NCBI GenBank assembly: GCA_963842085.1
Contig: CAWJET010000001.1
Coordinates: 960,001 to 1,024,000, forward strand
Direction of reading: 5' to 3'
Length of the DNA stretch: 64,000 bases
DNA from: an uncultured delta proteobacterium
Lineage (GTDB): Bacteria > Desulfobacterota > Binatia > Binatales > Binataceae
The translations under genes were made by a program, and so were the position numbers. A model generated the notes under the pieces. That model worked only from the letters and a program-made list of their open reading frames with translations. It did no database searches and was not told where the DNA came from. Within the stretch, counting starts at the first letter, position 1. Every line of letters begins with the position of its first letter. This document shows, piece by piece, positions 32,171-44,645 of the stretch.

Positions 32171-32950
32171 ATGAAGCCGGAGCGAATCGACCTCGAACAG
32201 GCCCGGCGCGCCAGCGGACTCCGAATCGTCACGCTTGCGTACGTACCCAGCCCGTGGGGAGAAGCGCTCAAGGGCATCCTGTATATCAAGCAACTCCCGC
32301 ACGCGCGGGTCGGCCATGTCTTCGGCTCGCCGACTCAGACCCTTCAGGAATGGACCGCGCAAGACAGCTTTCCCGTCATGGCATGGAACGACGAGCGTCC
32401 GCGCACCACCTGGATCGAACAACTCTATCTCGCCGAGCGGCTGGCTCCGACCCCGTGCCTCATCCCGGAGCGCCTCGAGGACCGGATCCTGATGTTTGGC
32501 TACAGCAACGAGATTTGCGGTGAGAACGGCATCGGATGGACCGAGCGCCTGCGCGGCGTGCATGAGCAAGTCACGAAACCCGGCGGCGATCCGGCCGGCG
32601 TCTCGGCATACCTGGGCAAGAAGTACGGCTACACTCCGGAAATCGGGAAACGCGCGACGGAGCGAGTCGTGTCCGGTCTGATCGCGCTCGCGGCGCGTCT
32701 GGAACACCAAAAAACTCGCGGCAGCCGATTCTTTGTCGGCGACTCTATCTCGGCGCTCGACGTCTACTGGGCCGCTTTCTCGAATGCGATGAAACCGCTC
32801 GCGCCCGAGCTATGCCCAATGCCGGAGATGATTCGCGAGATGTTCACGACGACCGAGCCGAGCATCGTTGCCGCGACCAAACCGATACTAATCGAGCATC
32901 GCGATTTCATCTTCAAGAACTACCTCGAACTGCCGGTAGATCTGTCGTGA
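32171..32950 (+). CDS. Glutathione S-transferase-like protein
   Basis: PSPWGEALKG N-terminus; FFVGDSISALDVYWA. Confidence 0.75.
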   Translation: MKPERIDLEQARRASGLRIVTLAYVPSPWGEALKGILYIKQLPHARVGHVFGSPTQTLQEWTAQDSFPVMAWNDERPRTTWIEQLYLAERLAPTPCLIPERLEDRILMFGYSNEICGENGIGWTERLRGVHEQVTKPGGDPAGVSAYLGKKYGYTPEIGKRATERVVSGLIALAARLEHQKTRGSRFFVGDSISALDVYWAAFSNAMKPLAPELCPMPEMIREMFTTTEPSIVAATKPILIEHRDFIFKNYLELPVDLS

Positions 32951-33010
32951 CGCGACGAACTGCCGCGCCTTGAGGTCTGCATCAGGCGGCGACTGATCCG
33001 TAATCCGCCG

Positions 33011-33715
33011 CTACTCGTCGATTTTGACGCGCGACCAGCGGCGGTAGATCTCGCCGCATCCGACCGACGTGCCGATCAACAAGAGCGCAAGGAAGAACTT
33101 TGGCGACAGCGGATGCCAGAGCGCGTCGCCCAAAAAGGCGAACAGAATCGTGCCCGGAATCATGCCGATCATCGTCGCCCAGAAATAATCGTTAAAGGTA
33201 ATCGGAGAGGCGCCCGCCAGCAGGTTCAGCGCGTTGTACGGAATCACCGGGACCATCCGCAGGTAGAGGATTATCTGGAAGCCGTGTTTCGCGATTCGGT
33301 GCAGCATCGCATGGAATCGCTCGCCGACGATCCGCTCGACGAACGACTTGCCGAGAAATCTTCCCGCCGCAAATGCAACCATCGCGCCGACATCGCCGCC
33401 GATGAGCGAGTACACCGAGCCCCATTTGGTGCCGAATGCCAGACCGCCCGCAATCGTCATCACCGCGCCGGGCACTAGGAACGACGGACCCACGGCGTAC
33501 AGCAGCATATAGACGACGGGTCCCCACGCGCCCCACTGAATCACCTGGGCTTTGACCGTCGCGGGATCGGAGAACCAATTCCAATGCTCAATCAGAAGCC
33601 AGATTGAGCCGCCAACCAGGATCGCGATGATCGCGATCTTCACGACGTTCATCAGCCGCGAGCCGTTGGTGCCGGGCTTTCCTGCTTGAGTTCCGATTGG
33701 ATTCACGGCGGCCAT
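33011..33715 (-). CDS. TVP38/TMEM64 (DedA/VTT) membrane protein
   Basis: PGAVMTIAGGLAFG, LRMVPVIPYN, GMIPGT. Confidence 0.92.
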   Translation of the reverse strand: MAAVNPIGTQAGKPGTNGSRLMNVVKIAIIAILVGGSIWLLIEHWNWFSDPATVKAQVIQWGAWGPVVYMLLYAVGPSFLVPGAVMTIAGGLAFGTKWGSVYSLIGGDVGAMVAFAAGRFLGKSFVERIVGERFHAMLHRIAKHGFQIILYLRMVPVIPYNALNLLAGASPITFNDYFWATMIGMIPGTILFAFLGDALWHPLSPKFFLALLLIGTSVGCGEIYRRWSRVKIDE

Positions 33716-33842
33716 GAGCCCCCAATGATATTGGGCGTCGGCGGACTGAGACAAGGCTTCGCGGCGCGTTGTCGGCGCGTCGCGTTGCTATTAAAGTCGG
33801 CGCAGTGCTCAACCTCGCGAAATCTCCAAGGAAACCATCTCC

Positions 33843-34625
33843 ATGAACGAACTCTCGGATAAAGTCGCAATCATCACCGGCGGCGGCTACGGCATCGGCA
33901 AACAGATCGCGCTGAAGTATGGCGCGGCCGGCGCGAAGATTGTCATCGCGGCGCGTTCGCTCGAACCGATGAAGCAGACCTGCGCCGAGCTCGAGCGCGC
34001 CGGCGCCCAGGCGATTTACGTGAGCACCGACGTCAGCAAGGAAGCCGACTGCGCCAAGATGGCCGCCGAGACGGTCAAGGCATTCGGCCGCATCGACATC
34101 CTCGTCAACAACGCCGGCATCTCGGGACCGACCAAGCGGATCACCGACATGTCGCTCGCCGAATGGCAGGAGACGCTCGACATCGACCTGACCGGGACGT
34201 GGCTGGCGACTCGCGCCGTGCTGCCGGCGATGGACAAGCAGCGCTCCGGCAACATCATCAACATCTCATCGGGCGCGGGTCGGCGCGGCTATCCGATGCG
34301 CTCGCCGTACGCGGCGGCGAAATGGGCAATGATCGGGCTCACGCAAACGATAGCCGGCGAATGGGGCCAGCGCGGGATCCGATGCAACTGCATTTGCCCG
34401 GGCGCGATCGAGGGCGAACGAATCGAGCGCGTGATGCGCGCGCGCGCCGACGCGCTGAAGCAGCCGTACGAACAGATTCGCGGCCAGTTCCTGTCGCAGG
34501 CCGCGATGAACAGAATGGCGACGGAGGAGGAGGTCGCGCGCGTGGCGCTGTTCCTGGCGCTCGACGCGTCGGCCGGAGTCACCGGTCAGACGATGAACGT
34601 CGATTGCGGCAGCATCATGAACTAA
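33843..34625 (+). CDS. SDR oxidoreductase
   Basis: TGGGYGIG, NNAG, YAAAK. Confidence 0.94.
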   Translation: MNELSDKVAIITGGGYGIGKQIALKYGAAGAKIVIAARSLEPMKQTCAELERAGAQAIYVSTDVSKEADCAKMAAETVKAFGRIDILVNNAGISGPTKRITDMSLAEWQETLDIDLTGTWLATRAVLPAMDKQRSGNIINISSGAGRRGYPMRSPYAAAKWAMIGLTQTIAGEWGQRGIRCNCICPGAIEGERIERVMRARADALKQPYEQIRGQFLSQAAMNRMATEEEVARVALFLALDASAGVTGQTMNVDCGSIMN

Positions 34626-34636
34626 CGGCGGCTTCT

Positions 34637-35404
34637 GTGCGGAGACAGAGTCCCGAACCGCGCGCGCAACGATTGCCGCATCACCAAGTTCTGATTGCTG
34701 GCCTGGAGAAACATCGGCGGAACCGCGCGCACTCCCAGACGAACGACAGCTACCTGAGCAGCGGACATCACTATTACGACGTCTCGATTCCGACCCTCAG
34801 GATGCTCGCGAAAGTGTGGCTCAAGGAAAACGGCGGCATCCCGGACGCAGAGTTCCTGGTGGTTCTCGATGGTCTCTATAGCGGGAAATCATACGAGGAG
34901 AAGGTGCTCGCGAGCATCCTGCTCTCCTATCATCGAACTCTTCCTCGAACGATCGGGCCAAAGCTTCTCGATGGCTGGCTCAATCATCTTGTTGGATGGG
35001 CAGAAATCGATTCGCTTTGCGTATGCTTGGCGTCGGATGCGAGACGCAATTTCACGGAGGACGAGATCCTCGCAGGCTGGACCGAATGGGCGCGATTCAT
35101 ACGAACACTCTCGCGCGACAAGAACATCAACAAGCGCCGCGCGGCCTTGGTCTTCTTGACCGTCCCGCTCCGCTATTCGGAGGATAAAAGACTGGCTGCG
35201 CTTGGGTTCGAAGTGATCGAAAAGCTGAAGCCTGAGCGACAGATCATGATTACCAAGGCAGTATCCTGGCTACTGCGCAGTATGGTGCGGCACCACAAGC
35301 GCGCGGTCGCCGCTTACGTCCGGGAAAACAGGCAGTCGCTTCCGGCAGTTGCGGTGCGCGAAACTACCCGCAAGATCACGACGGGACGGAAAGTAAGCAA
35401 CTAA
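34637..35404 (+). CDS. DNA alkylation repair (AlkD-like HEAT) protein
   Basis: YEEK, WAEIDSLC, KAVSWLLR motifs; start uncertain. Confidence 0.8.
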   Translation: MRRQSPEPRAQRLPHHQVLIAGLEKHRRNRAHSQTNDSYLSSGHHYYDVSIPTLRMLAKVWLKENGGIPDAEFLVVLDGLYSGKSYEEKVLASILLSYHRTLPRTIGPKLLDGWLNHLVGWAEIDSLCVCLASDARRNFTEDEILAGWTEWARFIRTLSRDKNINKRRAALVFLTVPLRYSEDKRLAALGFEVIEKLKPERQIMITKAVSWLLRSMVRHHKRAVAAYVRENRQSLPAVAVRETTRKITTGRKVSN

Positions 35405-35420
35405 CAAAGCGAGGAATGAA

Positions 35421-36296
35421 CTAGCGCGCGATGTCGTTGTCGCGCACGCTGCTGACGAAACCGCCGCTCTCGAGGCGTTTCATTAGCTCGCGCGCGAGCA
35501 CGGGTGAGCGATGGCGTCCGCCGGTGCATCCGAGGCCGACCGTCAGGTAACTCTTGCCCTCGCGCTGATAGAGCGGAATCAGAAAATCGAAAAGGCGGCC
35601 GACCTCGTCGATAAAGCGCTGCGACTCCGGCTGCGCCATCACGTGCTCGCGCACGCGCGGGTCATTCCCGGTGAGCGGCCGCAGCTCGGGGACGAAAAAG
35701 GGATTCGGGATAAACCGTACGTCGAGCACGACGTCCATCCCGACCGGCAAGCCGTACTTGTAGCCGAACGAGACGATCGACACCGCCATCCGCGAGCCGG
35801 CGCCCGCGCCCAGCACGGCCGCTGTAACAACCTCGCGCAATTCGTGGACTGTGAGCGTGGTTGTGTCGATCACCCGATTGGCCCGCTCGCGCATCTCGGC
35901 CAGCGCGAGGCGTTCGGCCCGAATGCTCTCGGCGACGGTCGCTCCGCTGGCCGCCATCGGATGCGGCCGGCGGCTCTCAGAATAACGGCGGGCGAGCACG
36001 TCGTCGGACGCGTCGAGAAAGATTACTTCTGGATGGATTCCGGCCGCATCGAGTTCCGCGAATATGCGCGGCCATTGCGGGAAGAACAGCCGCTCGCGCG
36101 GATCCACTCCGAGCGCGACGCCCTTCAGCGCGGGGTCGCGTCCGGCAGCGAGCATCGCGACATTGGGCGCCAGCGCCACCGGCAGATTATCGACGCAGTA
36201 AAAGCCCAAATCCTCGAGCACGCGCATCGCAGACGCGCGTCCCGAACCTGAGACGCCGGTGACTATTATCAGGCGGGGTGGCTGAGGCGAGCTCAT
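35421..36296 (-). CDS. rapZ: RNase adapter RapZ
   Basis: TGVSGSG, GFYCVDNLP, SFGYKYG, DVRFIPNP, GCTGGRHRS. Confidence 0.96.
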   Translation of the reverse strand: MSSPQPPRLIIVTGVSGSGRASAMRVLEDLGFYCVDNLPVALAPNVAMLAAGRDPALKGVALGVDPRERLFFPQWPRIFAELDAAGIHPEVIFLDASDDVLARRYSESRRPHPMAASGATVAESIRAERLALAEMRERANRVIDTTTLTVHELREVVTAAVLGAGAGSRMAVSIVSFGYKYGLPVGMDVVLDVRFIPNPFFVPELRPLTGNDPRVREHVMAQPESQRFIDEVGRLFDFLIPLYQREGKSYLTVGLGCTGGRHRSPVLARELMKRLESGGFVSSVRDNDIAR

Positions 36297-36344
36297 CGGG
36301 CTCTGGCTCCGTGCCGCGGGGCGAAGCGGACGCGATTGGCGGTC

Positions 36345-36806
36345 TCAGTACTTGTTGTCTTCTTCCTTGATCAGGGAATAAAGCTCGGCGCTGTCTTTGG
36401 CCTCGAGCAGGCGGCTGCGAAAGGACCCGTCCTTGAGCAAGCGCGAGACGCGCGCGAGCGCTTTCAGATGCAGGCTGGCGGAATCCTCCGGCGCGACCAG
36501 CACGAAGAACAACTGCGAGGGGCCGCCGTCGAGCGAATCGAAATCGACGCCCTGCGCATGGCGGCCGAACGCGCCGATTATCTTGGTCACGCCGCGGAGC
36601 TTGCCGTGCGGAATCGCGATTCCGTCGCCAATCGCCGTCGAGCCGAGCCGCTCGCGTTCCGCGAGCACCGCCGCAAGATCGCTGAGCTTGATTTCCGTGT
36701 ACTTGGCCGCCAGCGCTTTCGCGAGTTCATTGAGGACGTCGGGCTTGGTCGCGCCCTTCAAGTCGGCAATGACCATGTCAGCGCTGAGGATGTCGGTAAT
36801 TTTCAT
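36345..36806 (-). CDS. ptsN: PTS EIIA (nitrogen-regulatory)
   Basis: RERLGSTAIGDGIAIPH, DFDSLDG, HLKALA. Confidence 0.93.
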   Translation of the reverse strand: MKITDILSADMVIADLKGATKPDVLNELAKALAAKYTEIKLSDLAAVLAERERLGSTAIGDGIAIPHGKLRGVTKIIGAFGRHAQGVDFDSLDGGPSQLFFVLVAPEDSASLHLKALARVSRLLKDGSFRSRLLEAKDSAELYSLIKEEDNKY

Positions 36807-36881
36807 CTCATCGTCCAGGTCCGGTCAAAATCCAAATACGCGAACGGATTGGCTGCCTCGCAGCGGGCAAACCGCCGCGAA

Positions 36882-37307
36882 TCAAATTTCCTCGCTGGCG
36901 CTCAAGACCTCGCCGGTCGAGGGCGATCTGACTTTCTTCGCCTTGAATTTCCCCAGATGTTTCTTCAGTTGGCGTCCGACCTTGTCCGTGAGCAGGTCGA
37001 TCACCGAGTAAAGATCCTTGGTTTCCTCTTGCGCACTCACCGACAAACGCCCTGATTTGACAGTAACTTCGCCGTGCTGCCGATATTTGTCAACCGTGAG
37101 AATCAGGTGCGCCTGACAATTGCGGTTGATCAACTTGCCAACGTGCGCGAATTTTCGTTCCGCGTACAGCCGGATCGCGTCGGTCGGCTCGACGTGTCGA
37201 AACGTCACGGTGACTTCAGTCGCCGGAGCGTCGGCGAGCCGCTCCGCGCGGCGCACTTTGCGGGCTGATGCACGGCCGCGCTTTCCCTGCCCGTGGTTTT
37301 TGTTCAT
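36882..37307 (-). CDS. hpf: Ribosome hibernation factor HPF/RaiA (short form, basic N-terminal extension)
   Basis: VTFRHVEPTDAI, DLYSVID..KVGRQLKK; follows rpoN. Confidence 0.9.
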   Translation of the reverse strand: MNKNHGQGKRGRASARKVRRAERLADAPATEVTVTFRHVEPTDAIRLYAERKFAHVGKLINRNCQAHLILTVDKYRQHGEVTVKSGRLSVSAQEETKDLYSVIDLLTDKVGRQLKKHLGKFKAKKVRSPSTGEVLSASEEI

Positions 37308-37331
37308 CCTGCTTCGCCTGTACCCCCAGCT

Positions 37332-38897
37332 TCATCCGATCTGTTTGCGGTTTGCCGACGGGGGAATTCCCATCGCTTGACGATACTTGGCCACCGTGCG
37401 CCGGGCGATATTGATCTGCTTGGCGCGCAGCATCTCCGCGATTGCCTGATCCGAGAGCGGATTCTGCGGAGTCTCCGCCGTCACCATCCCGCGGATCTGT
37501 TCCTTGACCGTCTCGGCGCTCACGTCCTCGCCGCCGGCGCCCTTGACTCCCGAGGTGAAGAAGAACTTCAACTCGTAGATTCCCTGCGGCGTGTGCGCGT
37601 ACTTGTTGGCGGTCGCGCGGCTGATGGTGGATTCGTGCATCCCGATATCTTCGGCGACGTCCTTGAGCACCAGCGGTTTCAGCAGGCTGATGCCGTGATC
37701 GAAGAACGCGCGCTGGAATTTCACGATCGAGGTCGCAACCTTGAAGATCGTTTGCTGGCGCTGGTAGATCGATTTCACCAGCCAGCGAGCCGAGCGCAGC
37801 CGCTCCTGCAGGTACTCCTTGGTCTCGGGCGCAACGTCCACGTCTGTCAGCACGCGCTGGTAGTAACCCGCCAGGCGCAGGCGCGGGACTGCGTCGCGAT
37901 TGAGCGTGACGACGTAGTCCTCTCCAACCTTGTGGATATAAACGTCCGGCACGACGTAGGTCGGCTCGTCGCCGCCGTAGTCGCGTCCGGGCTTGGGCTC
38001 GAGCAGCGAAATTACTTTGGCCGCCTGCCCTACAGTCTCGACCGGCACGCTGAGAACCTTGGCAATCTCGGCGTAGCGATGCTTTTCGAGCAAGTCCAGA
38101 TGACCGCTGACGATTCGCGCCGCCAGCGATTCTTCCATCCCGAGGGTCTGCAGCTGCGCGAGCAGGCATTCACGTAGATCGCGTGCGGCGACGCCCGGCG
38201 GATCGAAACGCTGCACGCGCGCGAGCACGCGCTCGACTTCGGCGGGCGCAATTTCAAGCTGCGCCGCCAGCTCATCGACCGGAGTTTCGAGGTATCCGTC
38301 TTCATTGAGATTGTAGATGATAGTCGCGCCGATCTGCTGGTCCGATTCGGTCAGGTTCGAAAGCCTGAGCTGCCACATCATGTGGTCTTCGAGCGAACTT
38401 CGGCGCAGCGGCGTGTTTTCAAGCGCGCTGCGATGGTCGTCGTCGGAATCCGCCGGCGCGCTTTCCTGCCAGTTGTTCGAGTAGGTCTCGAGGTACTCGC
38501 GCCAGTCGAGCTTTTCGAGATTGTTCAGTTCCTTGATTTCGAGCGCGGCGTCACGCGCCTCGGTCTCGACGCTGGGCGCGGGTTTTTCCTCGCGCGACCC
38601 GGTTTCCCAGTCGTCATCGGAATTCGCGCTGGCGGCGCCATCGGCCTCGGGCGGCAGCGGCTCGCCGTCGGCCTGGGCGGCGGCTTCAGGCTCCGACATC
38701 TCGGATTCGGACGCGGCTTCGGCGGGACTTTGATCGAGCGGCTCGAGCATTGGATTCTGCTCGAGTTCGGACTGCACAATCGCCTCCAGTTCGGGCAGCG
38801 AAAGCTGCAGGATTTTGATCGCCTGCTGCAACTGCGGCGTCATCACCAGTTGCTGGCGAAGCCGCAGGTCCTGTCCGAGTTTTACTTCAAGCGCCAT
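37332..38897 (-). CDS. rpoN: RNA polymerase sigma-54 factor
   Basis: QQLVMTPQLQQAIKILQL, HESTISR, RpoN box ARRTVAKYR. Confidence 0.98.
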   Translation of the reverse strand: MALEVKLGQDLRLRQQLVMTPQLQQAIKILQLSLPELEAIVQSELEQNPMLEPLDQSPAEAASESEMSEPEAAAQADGEPLPPEADGAASANSDDDWETGSREEKPAPSVETEARDAALEIKELNNLEKLDWREYLETYSNNWQESAPADSDDDHRSALENTPLRRSSLEDHMMWQLRLSNLTESDQQIGATIIYNLNEDGYLETPVDELAAQLEIAPAEVERVLARVQRFDPPGVAARDLRECLLAQLQTLGMEESLAARIVSGHLDLLEKHRYAEIAKVLSVPVETVGQAAKVISLLEPKPGRDYGGDEPTYVVPDVYIHKVGEDYVVTLNRDAVPRLRLAGYYQRVLTDVDVAPETKEYLQERLRSARWLVKSIYQRQQTIFKVATSIVKFQRAFFDHGISLLKPLVLKDVAEDIGMHESTISRATANKYAHTPQGIYELKFFFTSGVKGAGGEDVSAETVKEQIRGMVTAETPQNPLSDQAIAEMLRAKQINIARRTVAKYRQAMGIPPSANRKQIG

Positions 38898-38911
38898 CGA
38901 AGAATTGTTGG

Positions 38912-40345
38912 CTAATCCGTCGCAGCGGCCGGCGCCGCACTCGCACCTGGCGATGCGTCCGAATGAGGGAAGAGCACGGCATGAGCGCAATCGACGACAC
39001 TCTGGTTGGTATTCAGATAGACCGTGATCTTGCAGCCGGTAATCTGATCGTTGCCGTCGTGCGCGACTGGGCTGCCGGTCAAGACTACCGTGCGCTTGGT
39101 CTGGTCCATGACGCCGTGCTGGCCAGTAGCCCATCGCGTGCCCTGGCTGAGCCGGACGTTCCCGTCCGCGACCATGTCCTTCATCTGCTTGAAGTCTTTG
39201 TCGAAGTAGTTCACGCGCAACTGGTCGCTGGTAAGTTGCGCGCCCGCCTGGGTAGCGTGCACATTTCCGGTCCACAGCACCGAATGATTCTGGTAGTCGA
39301 GCGACATCGATTTGGACTGAATGTAGATGGGGGCCTTGCTGTTGCCGAATTGCATCCCGGCAAACGCACCGCCTTGTTGCGGCGGATTTGATGCGAGCTT
39401 GGTCTCGCCGCCGCCGCCACCCTTAGACGCTTTGTGCGACGCTACCGCCGCCGCGGGCGCCGAAGCGCTCGCCGGCGGCGCTTCGGGCGCGGGCGCGCTG
39501 ACTGCAGAGGCGGGCGCTTCGGGCGCGACCTCTGCCGGCACCGGCGCGAGTATCATCGGCGGTGCGATCGCGCCGGGCGGAACGGTCGCCGCCGTCGTTA
39601 CCGGTGTTGAATCCGGGACAGGCGCTGCAGGAGCGGCCGCAGTGGTCGTAGCGATCGAAGGCGCCGCGGCGGGCGCGACGTCCGCCGCAGTTACTGGCAC
39701 GTCGGGAGCCGGCGGCGGCGCGGGAGCCGGCGCGGCTGCGACGGCCGGCGCAGGTGCGCTCGCGACAGGGGGCACCGACGGCGGCGCTGGCGCAGGTTCG
39801 CTGGCGACAGCAGGCGCCGACGGCAGCGGTTCGATCGGCGCGACCGCCGTCGATGGCGCCGCGGCAGGCGCCACGTCGGCCGCGGTCACCGGCACGTCGG
39901 GAGCGGTGGCCGGTGCCGGAGCAGGAGCCGTCGCGATGGCGGGCGCTGAAGGCGGCGCCGGAGCAGGTGCCGCTGCTTCGGCAGGAGCCGAAGGAGGCGC
40001 CTCTACCGGGGCAGTCGCGACGGCCGGTTGCGCCTGCGAGGTGTCCGACGCGGGTGCTGAAGGCGGCGCGCCCGGCACTCCGCCGGTCACGCTGATCGAA
40101 TCGCTGCTCAAATCGCCGCTGTCAGCCGCAGGCGGAGCGGACGCGGCCGGCGGTGCCGAATTCGCGGGCTCGTTGCGAATCGAATTACCGACCGTCCCCG
40201 AACCAGGCACTGCCGCTGCCGAATCCGGCGACGACATCGGAGTGTTGACGCCATCCTGTGCCCATGCGGGTGACGCGAGCGCGAGCGCGACTATCGCCGC
40301 CGCGACAATCCGCGACGCCCGGCTAACTTTGCTTGGGTTTTTCAC
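38912..40345 (-). CDS. lptA: LptA/OstA-family protein with a very long Pro/Ala-rich linker
   Basis: Signal peptide; about 300-aa low-complexity region; C-terminal PIYIQS..GNVHATQ..ADGNVR..VLTGSP..ITGCKI; position after lptC. Confidence 0.85.
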   Translation of the reverse strand: MKNPSKVSRASRIVAAAIVALALASPAWAQDGVNTPMSSPDSAAAVPGSGTVGNSIRNEPANSAPPAASAPPAADSGDLSSDSISVTGGVPGAPPSAPASDTSQAQPAVATAPVEAPPSAPAEAAAPAPAPPSAPAIATAPAPAPATAPDVPVTAADVAPAAAPSTAVAPIEPLPSAPAVASEPAPAPPSVPPVASAPAPAVAAAPAPAPPPAPDVPVTAADVAPAAAPSIATTTAAAPAAPVPDSTPVTTAATVPPGAIAPPMILAPVPAEVAPEAPASAVSAPAPEAPPASASAPAAAVASHKASKGGGGGETKLASNPPQQGGAFAGMQFGNSKAPIYIQSKSMSLDYQNHSVLWTGNVHATQAGAQLTSDQLRVNYFDKDFKQMKDMVADGNVRLSQGTRWATGQHGVMDQTKRTVVLTGSPVAHDGNDQITGCKITVYLNTNQSVVDCAHAVLFPHSDASPGASAAPAAATD

Positions 40346-40925
40346 TCTCTTTCTTCGGCGTGACTACCGTCTCTACCTGCGTGAGAAGCTGGAAGACTCG
40401 CGTCTTGGGATGACCGGTCAATCCGACTCCGGTCACTTTCAGTCCATCGCCGACGACGGTGACCAGGCCCGGCGCTTCGACTTTGTCGTCATCGGGCATG
40501 AAGGTCGCCGAGTCGGTGGTGAGGACGTAATCGCCGAAGTGGATGATCGTGCCTCCAGTCAAATACGCGCGCGTCACGTGGTTTCCGTTCAAGGTCAAAT
40601 CCGCATGCGGTGCGTTGACGGTCACGGGCTTGCCGTCCGACGAGACCATCGTAACGACCGCCTCGGTCAGCTTCAGCGTGGTTTTGTCCGCCGAGTAGTC
40701 AGCCTCGCGCGCGGTCAGCACCCACTGCCGCTCGCCAGCCTTCATTTGCGTCCAATGAAAGTTATGCGCACGAAGGAGCGTTCCGGGGACCAGCCCGGCT
40801 GCGGTCTGCAACACTTGGGTGGCCGAGCGATGGCGCACGATCCAAACGGTCGCGACCAGCAGGACAACCAACGCGACCGCGCCGAAGCCGGCCAGCGCCT
40901 TAGCGATTCGCCTGGGACTCAACAT
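40323..40925 (-). CDS. lptC: LPS export protein LptC
   Basis: N-terminal TM; W.L.A..A.Y motif; position between kdsA and lptA. Confidence 0.85.
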   Translation of the reverse strand: MLSPRRIAKALAGFGAVALVVLLVATVWIVRHRSATQVLQTAAGLVPGTLLRAHNFHWTQMKAGERQWVLTAREADYSADKTTLKLTEAVVTMVSSDGKPVTVNAPHADLTLNGNHVTRAYLTGGTIIHFGDYVLTTDSATFMPDDDKVEAPGLVTVVGDGLKVTGVGLTGHPKTRVFQLLTQVETVVTPKKESEKPKQS

Positions 40926-41070
40926 CTTCGATCAATGACGGTATCAAGTGCTTTTTTTCAAGTAAACCGAGCGGCGCTTCGGCATCATACTTGCAATCCG
41001 CGGCGAACTTGCACTCACTATTTCGCAAACGGCGGGGCGCGGAACCTCGCGCAAACGCGCCTGGCTCAGG

Positions 41071-44325
<3,255 letters not shown>

Positions 44326-44456
44326 AAACTTTCTCCGCTGTTCGAGGTTGTCGATCCGAGGGGCACATACATTGGTAACCGACCGCCGCAACCCTTGTCA
44401 ATTTCGCGCGGGACGATTGTCAACATTTCGCGGATCGCCGCGGGTTTTCTCACGTG

Positions 44457-44488
44457 ACAAAGAAACGGGTGACCGTTAACGGCCACCC
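44457..44488 (-). terminator. Intrinsic terminator after the small basic ORF
   Basis: GGGTGGCCGT-TA-ACGGTCACCC stem then GTTTCTTT on the minus strand. Confidence 0.65.
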
Positions 44489-44519
44489 ATCGAAAAACAT
44501 CACGATGACGCGCGCGAAA

Positions 44520-44645
44520 CTACTTGCCGCGGATTCTTGTGCGGCGCATCTTGCGCAGGCGGGACTTTGCCTGATGCGGATCGCTCTTCTTCTTGCGCGC
44601 TAGTTTGCGATTGCGCCGGTTTCGCTGCTTCGAGGCTACCTTCAT
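44520..44645 (-). CDS. 41-aa highly basic small protein (not in the ORF track)
   Basis: MKVASKQRNRRNRKLARKKKSDPHQAKSRLRKMRRTRIRGK; ATGA overlap with the upstream stop, GGAG SD, terminator downstream. Confidence 0.7.
   Translation of the reverse strand: MKVASKQRNRRNRKLARKKKSDPHQAKSRLRKMRRTRIRGK

Noticed and set aside
40980-40995. sigma54-like CGGCAT-N5-TTGCA on the plus strand
   Set aside because: Points antisense into the kdsA 3' end with no downstream gene; may be chance.
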